IMG/VR virus record: IMGVR_UViG_3300032307_000587
Length of the DNA: 64,000 bases
Origin: an uncultured virus (IMG/VR IMGVR_UViG_3300032307_000587)
Lineage: Duplodnaviria > Heunggongvirae > Uroviricota > Caudoviricetes
Strand: one strand, 5' to 3'
The notes under the pieces were generated by a model, which had not been told where the DNA came from, made no database searches, and worked only from the letters and a program-made list of their open reading frames with translations. Position numbers and translations under genes: made by a program. This document shows positions 9,111 to 17,794 of this stretch, piece by piece (position 1 is the first letter of the stretch; the number at the start of each line of letters is the position of its first letter).

Positions 9111-10618
9111 CCGTATTGGATTACGGGGGGCATTTACCTCCACAAAATCAGGATATGGAAGTTGCCGTATTAGGGGCAATTATGTCAAGCGGGAAGTACA
9201 TTGACAAAATAATGTCAGACTTCAATAGAACATTGTTTTTTAATGAGCAAAACGCACTTATATGTGATGCTATTATTGATTTGCAAAAAGAGAGTAAACC
9301 GATTGATGCAATTACCATCATAAGCAAACTAAGACAAAACAATACTATTGATAGAGTTGGCGGAATGATTTATGTCATGGATATTATTTCCAAAGTGTCT
9401 TCGGCTGCAAATTTAGAATACTATATAAGGATATTACAACAAGAGGCATTAAAGCGCAAAATAATAACCGTATGTTCGGAATCAATTCAAAAAACTTTTG
9501 ATAATGGAACGGATGTTTTTGATGTGTACCAAAATTTACAAAAGGAATTAGATACTTCAATCAAAGAAGTTGTTAAGTTTGAAGTTACCAAGATTGGGGC
9601 AGTCCATGAAAAAATATTAGTCGATGCTACAAGGTTTGCAGAAGAGGGAATAAAGAGTGGTGTAACAAGCGGGTTAATCAGATTGGATAATGTAACAAAT
9701 GGTTGGCAAAAATCAGATTTGATAATATTGGCGGGGCGACCAAGCATGGGCAAAACGAGTTGTGCAATTTCATTGATGATAAAACCCGCTATTGTTGACA
9801 AAAAAGCAATTGCAATTTTTTCGCTTGAAATGTCAAGAGAGCAATTAGTGGCAAGGATGCAATCGGATTTGTCCGAAATAAATGTATCAAAAATCGTTAA
9901 AAAACAACTAACACTTCAAGAAATTTACCAAATAAGTAGTAAGAGCGAAGCATTAGAAACCGCAGATATTTTTATTGATGATACGCCAAGTATTAGTTTA
10001 CTTGAAATGAAAGGTAAAGTCAGAAAATTAGTTAAAGAAAGTAATGTAGAGTTGGTGATTGTGGATTACCTTCAATTGATGAAGTCAGGGCTTGATATTC
10101 AGAATAGAGAGCAAGAAATAGCGGAAATAAGTAGGGGCTTAAAGGGGTTGGCAAAAGAGTTGGATATCCCAATTATTGCATTAAGTCAGTTGAGTAGAGC
10201 GGTTGAAAGTAGGGGCGGTGATAAAAAACCTATGTTAAGTGATTTGAGAGAGAGCGGACAGATTGAACAAGATGCCGATATGATTCTATTTTGTTATAGA
10301 CCCGAATATTACGGGATTGATAGTTACGAAATTGATGGTATTGTTTTTGAATCACATGGATTATTTATGTTGTTGATTTCAAAGCATAGAAATGGGGAAT
10401 TGGGTGAAATACCATTGAAGTTTATTCATCAATTTACCAAGATAACCAATCACGATTACGATGTTGAACAATCAGAAGCAAAAGCGGAATCTGAAAGACA
10501 AAATAATGAAACCGAAAAACCCGAAGTAATAGAGCCACAACAAGAAAAACCAAGCGGTATTTCATTTTATGAATTAGGATTAAGAGAAGGAGTAAAAAAT
10601 GACGATACACCATTTTAA
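9074..10618 (+). CDS. dnaB: Replicative DNA helicase DnaB
   Basis: LPPQN..E.AVLG N-domain, AGRPSMGKT Walker A, FSLEMS, IVDYLQL, LSQLSRAVE, SDLRESGQIEQDAD, KHRNG. Confidence 0.97.
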   Translation: MAYTKRRTKKPLTVLDYGGHLPPQNQDMEVAVLGAIMSSGKYIDKIMSDFNRTLFFNEQNALICDAIIDLQKESKPIDAITIISKLRQNNTIDRVGGMIYVMDIISKVSSAANLEYYIRILQQEALKRKIITVCSESIQKTFDNGTDVFDVYQNLQKELDTSIKEVVKFEVTKIGAVHEKILVDATRFAEEGIKSGVTSGLIRLDNVTNGWQKSDLIILAGRPSMGKTSCAISLMIKPAIVDKKAIAIFSLEMSREQLVARMQSDLSEINVSKIVKKQLTLQEIYQISSKSEALETADIFIDDTPSISLLEMKGKVRKLVKESNVELVIVDYLQLMKSGLDIQNREQEIAEISRGLKGLAKELDIPIIALSQLSRAVESRGGDKKPMLSDLRESGQIEQDADMILFCYRPEYYGIDSYEIDGIVFESHGLFMLLISKHRNGELGEIPLKFIHQFTKITNHDYDVEQSEAKAESERQNNETEKPEVIEPQQEKPSGISFYELGLREGVKNDDTPF

Positions 10619-10624
10619 AAAAAT

Positions 10625-11338
10625 ATGAAATTAACAGATAAAATAGAAATTACAAACGAATGTAATATGGAGTTGATGAAAAGATACCCAAATAATTACT
10701 TTGATTTTGTATTAACAGACCCTCCCTATGAATTAGATAATCATGGTGGTGTAGTTGTTGGGCATGACTTAGAAAGAAAACTCACCAAAGACAAACATAT
10801 TGATTTTATATCAAATGGTTTTAATATCGAAAATGTTTTTAATGAAGTTGAGCGCATTTCCAAAACAATGAATTTTATATGCTTTTGTTCAAACAAGCAA
10901 ATATCTAAAATAATGTCTTATTGGGAAAATAAAAACTATTCAGTAACATTGTTAGTTTGGGATAAGCCAAATCCAATTCCATTGGGTAATGGTAAGCATA
11001 TTAGTAATTTAGAGTTTATGATATATGTTAGAGGGAAAGGCGCAACATTTAACAATATTGGGGTAAATGAGCAAAAGAAAACATTTAATTTCCCAAGCCC
11101 AAGCACTAAAGAAAGAATACATCCAACAGAAAAGCCGATAGCTTTGATACAAAGATTAATTCAAATACACACAAATGAAAATGACAAAGTTTTAGATTGT
11201 TTTGGTGGTAGTATGTCAACGGCTATTGCTTGTATAAACTCAAAAAGGGAAATAGTTTCATGCGAAATTAACCCCGAAATTTACCAACAAGGTCTTAAAA
11301 GGGTTCAAAATCACTTATTACAACAAAAATTATTTTAA
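10625..11338 (+). CDS. DNA amino-methyltransferase (N6-A/N4-C, beta class)
   Basis: TDPPY catalytic motif, HPTEKP, VLDCFGGS SAM-binding motif. Confidence 0.9.
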   Translation: MKLTDKIEITNECNMELMKRYPNNYFDFVLTDPPYELDNHGGVVVGHDLERKLTKDKHIDFISNGFNIENVFNEVERISKTMNFICFCSNKQISKIMSYWENKNYSVTLLVWDKPNPIPLGNGKHISNLEFMIYVRGKGATFNNIGVNEQKKTFNFPSPSTKERIHPTEKPIALIQRLIQIHTNENDKVLDCFGGSMSTAIACINSKREIVSCEINPEIYQQGLKRVQNHLLQQKLF

Positions 11339-11580
11339 TGAAATCGCCAATACAAAAAATATTAGAAAACTTAGAAAAAGAGGTAAATAGACACGAAAAC
11401 AATAAAGCGGTTTCGGTTATTTTTAGTGCATTTATTGATTATTTAAAAGAAGAGGATTTACTAAAAAAGGAAGAAATTGCCTTAAATCAAGCATTCAACG
11501 ATGGCAGATTTTATAAGCCTCACATACAAAACCAAATAAAAAATTATTATAAAGAAAAGTACAATGGAAAAGAAAATTAA
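11338..11580 (+). CDS. Hypothetical protein
   Basis: 80-aa ORF with translational coupling. Confidence 0.55.
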   Translation: MKSPIQKILENLEKEVNRHENNKAVSVIFSAFIDYLKEEDLLKKEEIALNQAFNDGRFYKPHIQNQIKNYYKEKYNGKEN

Positions 11581-11812
11581 AGTTAAAAAAGAGAAAGAGA
11601 AAATTCATTCAAATATGATTAGAGTTTTATTGGAAGAGCAAGGGATGTCGCAACAAGAATTGGCGGATATATCTTTAGATGGAAATGCGGGATTTTTATC
11701 AAAAATAATCAACGGACAAAGAAGATGTATCAGTTTGCCAATTGCGTTTAAAATTGCTAAAGGGCTTAACAAGACAATAGAACAAGTTTTTATTTATAAA
11801 CCAAAAGCATAA
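11564..11812 (+). CDS. XRE-family HTH regulator
   Basis: GMSQQELA...LSKIING...SL..AFKIAKGL...IEQVF. Confidence 0.85.
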   Translation: MEKKIKVKKEKEKIHSNMIRVLLEEQGMSQQELADISLDGNAGFLSKIINGQRRCISLPIAFKIAKGLNKTIEQVFIYKPKA

Positions 11813-11813
11813 T

Positions 11814-12098
11814 ATGAATATAGAATTTCATTTAGGTTGGCAAGATGATTTAATGAGGTGCATTTATTCTAAAAAATTTCCTGATAATATTAACTTTCAT
11901 ATAGGAGAAACTATTGACATTGAAGGTTTTTATCCACTTTTTACTAAAGGCGCACTATATTATCCCGAATTGCATGAAAATAATTGTTATATGGATATAG
12001 ATAATATACAAGGTTCTATTGGTGAAATTACTGATATACAACACGCATTTATTGAGGAAGTTGGATATATAATGATGGTTCATATTGATTTAAAATAA
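11814..12098 (+). CDS. Hypothetical protein
   Basis: 94-aa ORF in operon. Confidence 0.55.
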   Translation: MNIEFHLGWQDDLMRCIYSKKFPDNINFHIGETIDIEGFYPLFTKGALYYPELHENNCYMDIDNIQGSIGEITDIQHAFIEEVGYIMMVHIDLK

Positions 12099-12100
12099 AC

Positions 12101-12403
12101 ATGAATATTTATACATTTGAATACAAAGATGGTCAAACCGATTGGGTGTTTGCGCCCGATATTAAAAAAGCCAAAAGTTTTTATTTAAGTTTTACGTTAT
12201 GCGGGGATTTAGATGATTGCAAGGTAACGAGATTGCCAAAAAGTAAATGGGCAACAACTTACATTATAGACCCCGATGATTGTGATAGAGAAAATGAAAA
12301 TGATGTTACAAGGAATGAATGTGGTTACAAGATAATTCAAACCTTTAAAGAATACGCAGAACAAAATACACAAACAGATATAATAGCAACAACAGAATTT
12401 TAA
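12101..12403 (+). CDS. Hypothetical protein
   Basis: 100-aa ORF in operon. Confidence 0.55.
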   Translation: MNIYTFEYKDGQTDWVFAPDIKKAKSFYLSFTLCGDLDDCKVTRLPKSKWATTYIIDPDDCDRENENDVTRNECGYKIIQTFKEYAEQNTQTDIIATTEF

Positions 12404-12407
12404 AATT

Positions 12408-12551
12408 ATGCCACCATTAAAACAATATGAATTTGTCCATTCGTTATACGAAAGTGTTAAAATTACAATAGAGGCTTATAGCTTAGTAGGAGCAGTAGCA
12501 ATCCTTAGTAAGATTTCCCAAGATTCGTACAAATTGTTGGAAAAAAAATAA
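12408..12551 (+). CDS. Small hypothetical protein (47 aa, not in ORF track)
   Basis: MPPLKQYEF... ORF before next promoter-like region. Confidence 0.4.
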   Translation: MPPLKQYEFVHSLYESVKITIEAYSLVGAVAILSKISQDSYKLLEKK

Positions 12552-12609
12552 GAAAAAAGTTGATAGTTTAAAGATTAAATATTAATATTGCAACATTAAA
12601 TAAATAAGT

Positions 12610-13455
12610 ATGTCAAAAATAGATTATATCAAAGATACGTTTGAAGAGTATCTAAGCAAAAAGGATTATATATCAGCATCCGATTTAAAGAACTTTTTAC
12701 ATAGCCCAAAATATTACTTTTATGAGAAATTTCAAAAAGTAGAAAAAGAGTCTAAATCTCATTTCAGAATAGGTAGTGCGCTACATGAAATAATTTTAGA
12801 GCCACATTATTTTCAGTCCAACTATGCGGTATGTCCGAAGTTCGATAGAAGAACCAAAGATGGCAAAGCGGGATTTGATTTGTTTGAGTTGGAAAACGAA
12901 GGCAAAACTATTATCAATGAAGAGGAAATGAAAATGATTAGTAGTATGTCGTTGTCGTCTTTAAGGAATAATACATTTGTGGAGTTAATCAAAGATTCTT
13001 ATCGTGAAGTATCTTGCTACACAATGGATGATATAACGGGATTGAAAGTAAGGTTAAGACCCGATTCTTTAGCAACCAATAAGTCCACAATTACGGATAT
13101 CAAGTCTTGTATTGATTCATCATTGAGTAAGTTCAAAAAAGATGTCTATGCTTATGGATATACTTTGTCGGCTGCATATTATTGTGACTTCTTAGGTAGA
13201 GAGAATTATATATTTGCTGCAATTGAAAAAGAAGCCCCTTATCAAATGTCGTTGTACCTTTTGAGTGATGAAATGATGGAGTATGGCAGAAAGCAATATA
13301 GAATGGGTTTAGATTTGCTTAAATGGAGTCAAGACAACAATTATTGGTGCGACTATGTGGAGTTTGAAATACTTAAAGAGTGTTACGAATTGGGTAATCT
13401 TGATAATTTCTTTGATATATTGTCAAAGTCAGAAATGATAGGTATAATTTCTTAG
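12610..13455 (+). CDS. RecE/exonuclease VIII-like PD-(D/E)XK nuclease (DUF3799-like)
   Basis: ISASDLK, GSALH..ILEP, FDRRTK.GK, E.S, RPD, DIKS; adjacent to recT. Confidence 0.85.
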   Translation: MSKIDYIKDTFEEYLSKKDYISASDLKNFLHSPKYYFYEKFQKVEKESKSHFRIGSALHEIILEPHYFQSNYAVCPKFDRRTKDGKAGFDLFELENEGKTIINEEEMKMISSMSLSSLRNNTFVELIKDSYREVSCYTMDDITGLKVRLRPDSLATNKSTITDIKSCIDSSLSKFKKDVYAYGYTLSAAYYCDFLGRENYIFAAIEKEAPYQMSLYLLSDEMMEYGRKQYRMGLDLLKWSQDNNYWCDYVEFEILKECYELGNLDNFFDILSKSEMIGIIS

Positions 13456-13457
13456 TC

Positions 13458-14285
13458 ATGGATATAAAGCTATTTAAGGAAAGTTTACTCAAGTATGAGG
13501 ATGTGATATCCGACTTATTGGGGAATAAATACGGCATCACCTCCCAAGAGTATATTGCCAAGTGCGAAAATGCAATAAAAAAATCTCCAAACTTGTTAAA
13601 GTGCGAACCAAGTAGCTTGTTTGGAAGTATAATGTATTTTGCGGAAATAGGGCTACCATTCAATTCTCCCGAAGGTTTTGGATACATACTACCATATAGC
13701 AATAGAAAGTCATTAGAAGCGACCCCAATTATAGGATATAGGGGATTAATTGAAATAGCTTATCGTAACGAAAAAATAAAATCAATCAGAGTTCAGGCGG
13801 TTTATGAAAATGATAGTTTTGATTATGAATATGGAACAAATGATTTTATCAATCATAAGCCATTAATTAAGGGGGATAGAGGCAGTCTAATTGCGGTTTA
13901 TTGTGTTATTAAAATGCAAGGAATAGACCCGTTGTTTGTTGTAGTTCACAAAGAGCAGTTGGATGAAATTCAGAAAATGTCAAAGAGTGGCAATAGTGAG
14001 TATTCACCTTATAACAATTCAACCGATGTGTTCAACATTATGCAATGTAAAGTGGCAATAAAATTATTGTTCAAAACTTTGCCTAAATCAGATAATAGCG
14101 TTTTGATAAAAGCGTTGGAAATGGATAACAAATTTGACTATGAAAAAAATGTGACTATTTCAGCAACCGAAAGTGGTTATGAGGTTAAGGAAAGTGAGGT
14201 TAAAACAAGCGCATTGAAGGAGGTTAAAATCGAACCGATAAATGTAGTATTAACAGAGGCTTTAAAGTCAAAACAAGAAGCATAA
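13458..14285 (+). CDS. recT: RecT-family single-strand annealing protein
   Basis: L.KC.P.S.FGS, YILPY, IGYRGLIEIAYR, VYEND.F.Y.YG, M..K.AIK.L.K.LPKS. Confidence 0.9.
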   Translation: MDIKLFKESLLKYEDVISDLLGNKYGITSQEYIAKCENAIKKSPNLLKCEPSSLFGSIMYFAEIGLPFNSPEGFGYILPYSNRKSLEATPIIGYRGLIEIAYRNEKIKSIRVQAVYENDSFDYEYGTNDFINHKPLIKGDRGSLIAVYCVIKMQGIDPLFVVVHKEQLDEIQKMSKSGNSEYSPYNNSTDVFNIMQCKVAIKLLFKTLPKSDNSVLIKALEMDNKFDYEKNVTISATESGYEVKESEVKTSALKEVKIEPINVVLTEALKSKQEA

Positions 14286-14292
14286 TTATAAA

Positions 14293-14502
14293 ATGTTACT
14301 TCAATTAAATCCTATGATACCAATAACAAGAAATTCAGACCAAATGAAAGGTTTTGCATTTTTGGTTATAGACTATTCGCAAGAACATAATTTAATGTTT
14401 ACTTGTGCAATGGACAATGGTGAAATATGGACTTTAAGTAATCAGGATATTAGGATTTCAAACAATATATCAATGAATAGGATAAACCAAATTAATAAAT
14501 AA
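14293..14502 (+). CDS. Conserved-looking small phage protein
   Basis: QLNP.IP...G.A...IDYSQEH.L......GEIW. Confidence 0.6.
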   Translation: MLLQLNPMIPITRNSDQMKGFAFLVIDYSQEHNLMFTCAMDNGEIWTLSNQDIRISNNISMNRINQINK

Positions 14503-14504
14503 AT

Positions 14505-14843
14505 ATGACACAAAAATTTAAGCTAACAGAAGAATCCGAAAAGCAAGTTCAAGTATTTTCTGATTTAATCCATGATTATGAAACTACAATAGAAATGCTA
14601 TCAAGAAAATTGAAAATAGCACAACAAAACATTTGGGATGTTATTGCATTAGAATATCCCGATAGCGTAAAATCAATTAATATTGCTTCATACAATCATA
14701 AGGATAAAGAATTAACCATTACCAAAAGATATGGACTATCGGAGGAACAAAAACAATTGAAAGAATTTGTTGAAATTATGATAAACGAAAAAGTAGATAA
14801 AATTATCACAGACAAAATAGAAGAAAAATTTAACCAAGAATAA
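14505..14843 (+). CDS. Hypothetical protein
   Basis: 112-aa ORF, coiled-coil-like. Confidence 0.55.
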   Translation: MTQKFKLTEESEKQVQVFSDLIHDYETTIEMLSRKLKIAQQNIWDVIALEYPDSVKSINIASYNHKDKELTITKRYGLSEEQKQLKEFVEIMINEKVDKIITDKIEEKFNQE

Positions 14844-14845
14844 GT

Positions 14846-15247
14846 ATGAAAAAAATCCAAACAACAATCGCATTAGTATTATTACTATCACTAACATCAT
14901 GTTATGACTTTTATCGTGAACAAGCATTCAAGGATGCCGAAAACGAAGGGAAATCAATTTTAGTTAAAGCCGAAAGTGAAAAGAAAGCGTTAATCGAAAC
15001 CGCAAAAGCGGAAAATGAGGCTGCAAGTTTACAAGCAGAAGCAAAAGTAAAAATAGCAAAAGCCGAAGCATCAGCAGAAGTCGAAAGAGCCAAAGGGGTT
15101 GCCGAAGCCAATAGAATTATTGGGGAGTCTATGAAAGGCAATAATGAGTATTTGCAATACTTGAAGATTGATGCCATAAGAACCGCTAAAGGAGATAAGA
15201 TTTACATACCAACAGAATCATTATTACCTATAACCGAAGCAAAATAA
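14846..15247 (+). CDS. Lipoprotein resembling the coiled-coil tail of SPFH/band-7 proteins
   Basis: Signal peptide with LTSC lipobox; AEA..AEVERAKG.AEANRII..S, YL.YL, IYIPTE. Confidence 0.65.
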   Translation: MKKIQTTIALVLLLSLTSCYDFYREQAFKDAENEGKSILVKAESEKKALIETAKAENEAASLQAEAKVKIAKAEASAEVERAKGVAEANRIIGESMKGNNEYLQYLKIDAIRTAKGDKIYIPTESLLPITEAK

Positions 15248-15345
15248 TGAAAGTCATAATAATCGCTATTTTAGTTCTACTATCAATACCATTAATAGGT
15301 AAAGTTTATGTAGAGTTTTTTAGGGATATTTTCAAAAAAAGATAA
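15247..15345 (+). CDS. Micro membrane protein (32 aa, not in ORF track)
   Basis: MKVIIIAILVLLSIPLIG...; TAATG coupling with previous gene. Confidence 0.45.
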   Translation: MKVIIIAILVLLSIPLIGKVYVEFFRDIFKKR

Positions 15346-15349
15346 AAAA

Positions 15350-15565
15350 ATGAGCAACAGAAGAGTATTTTTCATGGTGTATTTAGCAAACGGGAACAAT
15401 CCTACATATATGCATACATCACTTGCAAGTGCAGAAGCGGAAGCTAAGAGATTAGCCAAAAAAACTAATCGTAAAGCCTATGTATTGTGTTCAATCAAGT
15501 CATTTGAAGTGAATGAATTTAACATAGAAGATTGCAGACCCGAAACAGACGATTTGCCTTTTTAA
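15350..15565 (+). CDS. Small conserved-looking phage protein
   Basis: PTY.H.S..SAEAEAKRLA; DDLPF C-terminus. Confidence 0.6.
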   Translation: MSNRRVFFMVYLANGNNPTYMHTSLASAEAEAKRLAKKTNRKAYVLCSIKSFEVNEFNIEDCRPETDDLPF

Positions 15566-15577
15566 TTCAATAAAAAT

Positions 15578-15880
15578 ATGGAATGGCATAACAAAGTAAA
15601 AATGGTTGAACTCGGTAATAGAAAAAACTATTCCGAACAAGAAAAACAAGAATTTCACAAATTTGTGTTAGAAAATGTAGATTCGTTTGATAATCAGTCG
15701 TGGGATATGTTTTTAACTTTAATTGAGTTGATTATTGGCGAAATGCGAAAGGATTTAGACTTTTGGAAGCAAATATATGAGAAAGTTAAAAATATGGATT
15801 GTAGTGGATTTGATTTTCGTTCAGGCATGAGATTAAGTATGCTTAAAACAATATTTGAAACAAATGAATTATCAAAATAA
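15578..15880 (+). CDS. Hypothetical protein
   Basis: 100-aa helical ORF. Confidence 0.55.
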   Translation: MEWHNKVKMVELGNRKNYSEQEKQEFHKFVLENVDSFDNQSWDMFLTLIELIIGEMRKDLDFWKQIYEKVKNMDCSGFDFRSGMRLSMLKTIFETNELSK

Positions 15881-15884
15881 AAGT

Positions 15885-16136
15885 ATGGTAAAAAATAAAT
15901 TCAGTTTGTTAATCGGTTTTATCATAATCGTTTTTATGTGCTTAAATTTAACTTCATGTACCAACAATAGAGGTAGAGAACCTTACATAGTTTACCAAAA
16001 AAGTGTACTTCTACACAATCCGTACTTATCAAGTTTTATTTACACTTCAAATGGGTTTGATATTATAGAGGTTGTCGATAGTACAACAAGATATAACATT
16101 GGTGATGATGTAAGGAAGTATTCAACCAAAAAGTAA
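15885..16136 (+). CDS. Putative small lipoprotein (start moved to ATG 15885)
   Basis: Hydrophobic signal ending in LTSC lipobox. Confidence 0.55.
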   Translation: MVKNKFSLLIGFIIIVFMCLNLTSCTNNRGREPYIVYQKSVLLHNPYLSSFIYTSNGFDIIEVVDSTTRYNIGDDVRKYSTKK

Positions 16137-16155
16137 TAAAAAAAATACCAAAAAA

Positions 16156-16470
16156 ATGAAAGTAAAAGTATCAGGACATACTTACGAGTTGTCAAATTTT
16201 ATCAACGAAAGTGAACAAGTTCAAACACTTCAATTCGTTCACAAAGAGCCAATTTCAGAAGGTTCGACAGAGTTAAAACTTATTTCAGATGGAACAACCA
16301 ATGAAGAAGTAATTGAAGTGCTTATTGACAGATTAAATTTTTTACAAGCAAAATTCCCTTGTAGAGAAAATGCAATTGTGATTACCAAACTTGAAGAAAG
16401 TTTGATGTGGTTAAACAAAAGAACCGCAGACAGATTGAAACGAAATGTAGAAGGTAAGCACGAAAAGTAA
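16156..16470 (+). CDS. tad1: Tad1-like cyclic-nucleotide sponge (anti-Thoeris/CBASS)
   Basis: IDRL..LQ..FPCRENA...TKLEE.LMWLNKR..DR..RNVEG matches the Tad1 C-terminal signature as I recall it. Confidence 0.75.
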   Translation: MKVKVSGHTYELSNFINESEQVQTLQFVHKEPISEGSTELKLISDGTTNEEVIEVLIDRLNFLQAKFPCRENAIVITKLEESLMWLNKRTADRLKRNVEGKHEK

Positions 16471-16472
16471 TT

Positions 16473-16581
16473 GTTACAATATGATTTGCGCCCGTTCATG
16501 GTTAAATGTTCACCCGTATTTATTCGGAACATTCTCAACGGGTGGTAAAGCGAAAGCAGAGAGGCGCAAATCTATTGTAAC
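16473..16581 (+). ncRNA. Structured intergenic RNA candidate (19-bp closing stem, internal pseudoknot, GAAA loop)
   Basis: 16473-16492 pairs with 16563-16581; 16505-11/16527-33; 16512-17/16538-43. Confidence 0.6.
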
Positions 16582-16620
16582 CTAATCCAAGATGATAAAT
16601 GAGTAATAAATAAAAAACAA

Positions 16621-16860
16621 ATGTTAGAAAAAATAAAAGAAGAATATCAGGATGAAGATTTCCTAAAAGCGGAAGGCTTTGATGAAGCTATTATTGGAGT
16701 TGAAGAGAATACAATGCGATTGATTTATTCAGTTTCTAAGTGTATTAAAATACTATGTAGAGATATGAATGAAGATGAAGCAATTCAGCATTTTAATTTT
16801 AATGTAAGCGGGAATCATGTAGGCGAAAAAACCCCAATTTGGTGCTTTGATAAATTTTAA
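16621..16860 (+). CDS. Conserved-looking small phage protein
   Basis: GFDEAIIG...Y...KCI..L...EA..HF.FNV.G..VGEKTP. Confidence 0.65.
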   Translation: MLEKIKEEYQDEDFLKAEGFDEAIIGVEENTMRLIYSVSKCIKILCRDMNEDEAIQHFNFNVSGNHVGEKTPIWCFDKF

Positions 16861-16872
16861 TTAAAATGTTAA

Positions 16873-17367
16873 ATGACATCAATAAACAATAAAAGTATAG
16901 GCGTTTATGTTGCCCATAATGGCGAACCTACGATAATAGATGAATCGGTTTACATTATTGATAGGAATAGGAGTTATTTTCTATTTGATGTGATACCAAT
17001 GGGAGCGGTTAGAATGACCCAATCGGATAAATGGAAAACAAACCCCAACCATCCTGACCCAAAAAAAAGGCAAAGAGAGGTTGTTAGGAGATACTTTAAG
17101 TTCAAAGCGGATTTATTTGAACAGTCATTGCAAATGAAGTTTGAATTAGGTAATTTTTTAGATGCCGTTTACTTCATCCCTATGCCCCAATCGTGGAGTG
17201 AAAGAAAGCGAAAATCAATGGTAGGTTTGCCATGTAAAGTAAAGCCTGATACCGATAATATCACTAAAGCAATTAAAGATACTTTAAAAGTTGAAGATGG
17301 TGATGTATGGTGGGAGAAAGCCGAAAAAAGGTGGGGGTTTTATGGAAGTATTTTAATCTACAAATAA
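16873..17367 (+). CDS. rusA: RusA-like Holliday junction resolvase
   Basis: PMG.VRM, F.PMP.SWS.RK, KPDTDNITKAIKD.L..ED. Confidence 0.8.
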   Translation: MTSINNKSIGVYVAHNGEPTIIDESVYIIDRNRSYFLFDVIPMGAVRMTQSDKWKTNPNHPDPKKRQREVVRRYFKFKADLFEQSLQMKFELGNFLDAVYFIPMPQSWSERKRKSMVGLPCKVKPDTDNITKAIKDTLKVEDGDVWWEKAEKRWGFYGSILIYK

Positions 17368-17415
17368 AACTTGACAGTTTAAAATTTAAACATTAATATT
17401 GCATTTAATTATAAA

Positions 17416-17673
17416 ATGACAACACTATTAGAGATATTTGAAGAAGAGTTAGAAAATGAGCCAAACATTATAGAAATTAATTTTAAAAAAATGGAAACCC
17501 AAGAATATTTAGAGCATTGTTTAGCGGTTATGAAAGCCGATAAAAATTTATCTGACGAAACTAAAATTATCATGTTTGTTGAGTATGCAAAGAAGTATTA
17601 TGAAGACATGAAGCCAAAATCTGTCAAAGTTATTTGCAATAGATGTGGTACAGTCACCACAAGAAATATGTAG
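17416..17673 (+). CDS. Hypothetical protein
   Basis: 85-aa ORF with C-terminal CxxC; TAATATTG-like promoter upstream. Confidence 0.5.
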   Translation: MTTLLEIFEEELENEPNIIEINFKKMETQEYLEHCLAVMKADKNLSDETKIIMFVEYAKKYYEDMKPKSVKVICNRCGTVTTRNM

Positions 17674-17769
17674 ATATACCAACGGCTTGTAAAGAAAAAT
17701 TCATTATTGCACGTTTGTGTAAATGTCCGAATATGCAATTATTTTTTGTATTTACTATTTTTTTTAATA

Positions 17770-17777
17770 TATCTTTG
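17770..17777 (+). promoter_or_regulatory. Bacteroidota -7 element (TATCTTTG) for polyvalent-protein operon
   Basis: TAnnTTTG 18 nt before ATG 17795. Confidence 0.65.
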
Positions 17778-17794
17778 TACCAATTTTACAATAA

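Noticed and set aside
16473..16581. Retron msr-msd, terminator, tRNA or known small ribozyme
   Set aside because: No reverse transcriptase in window, no U-tract, no cloverleaf, no CUGANGA core or convincing twister/HDV consensus; kept as unclassified RNA
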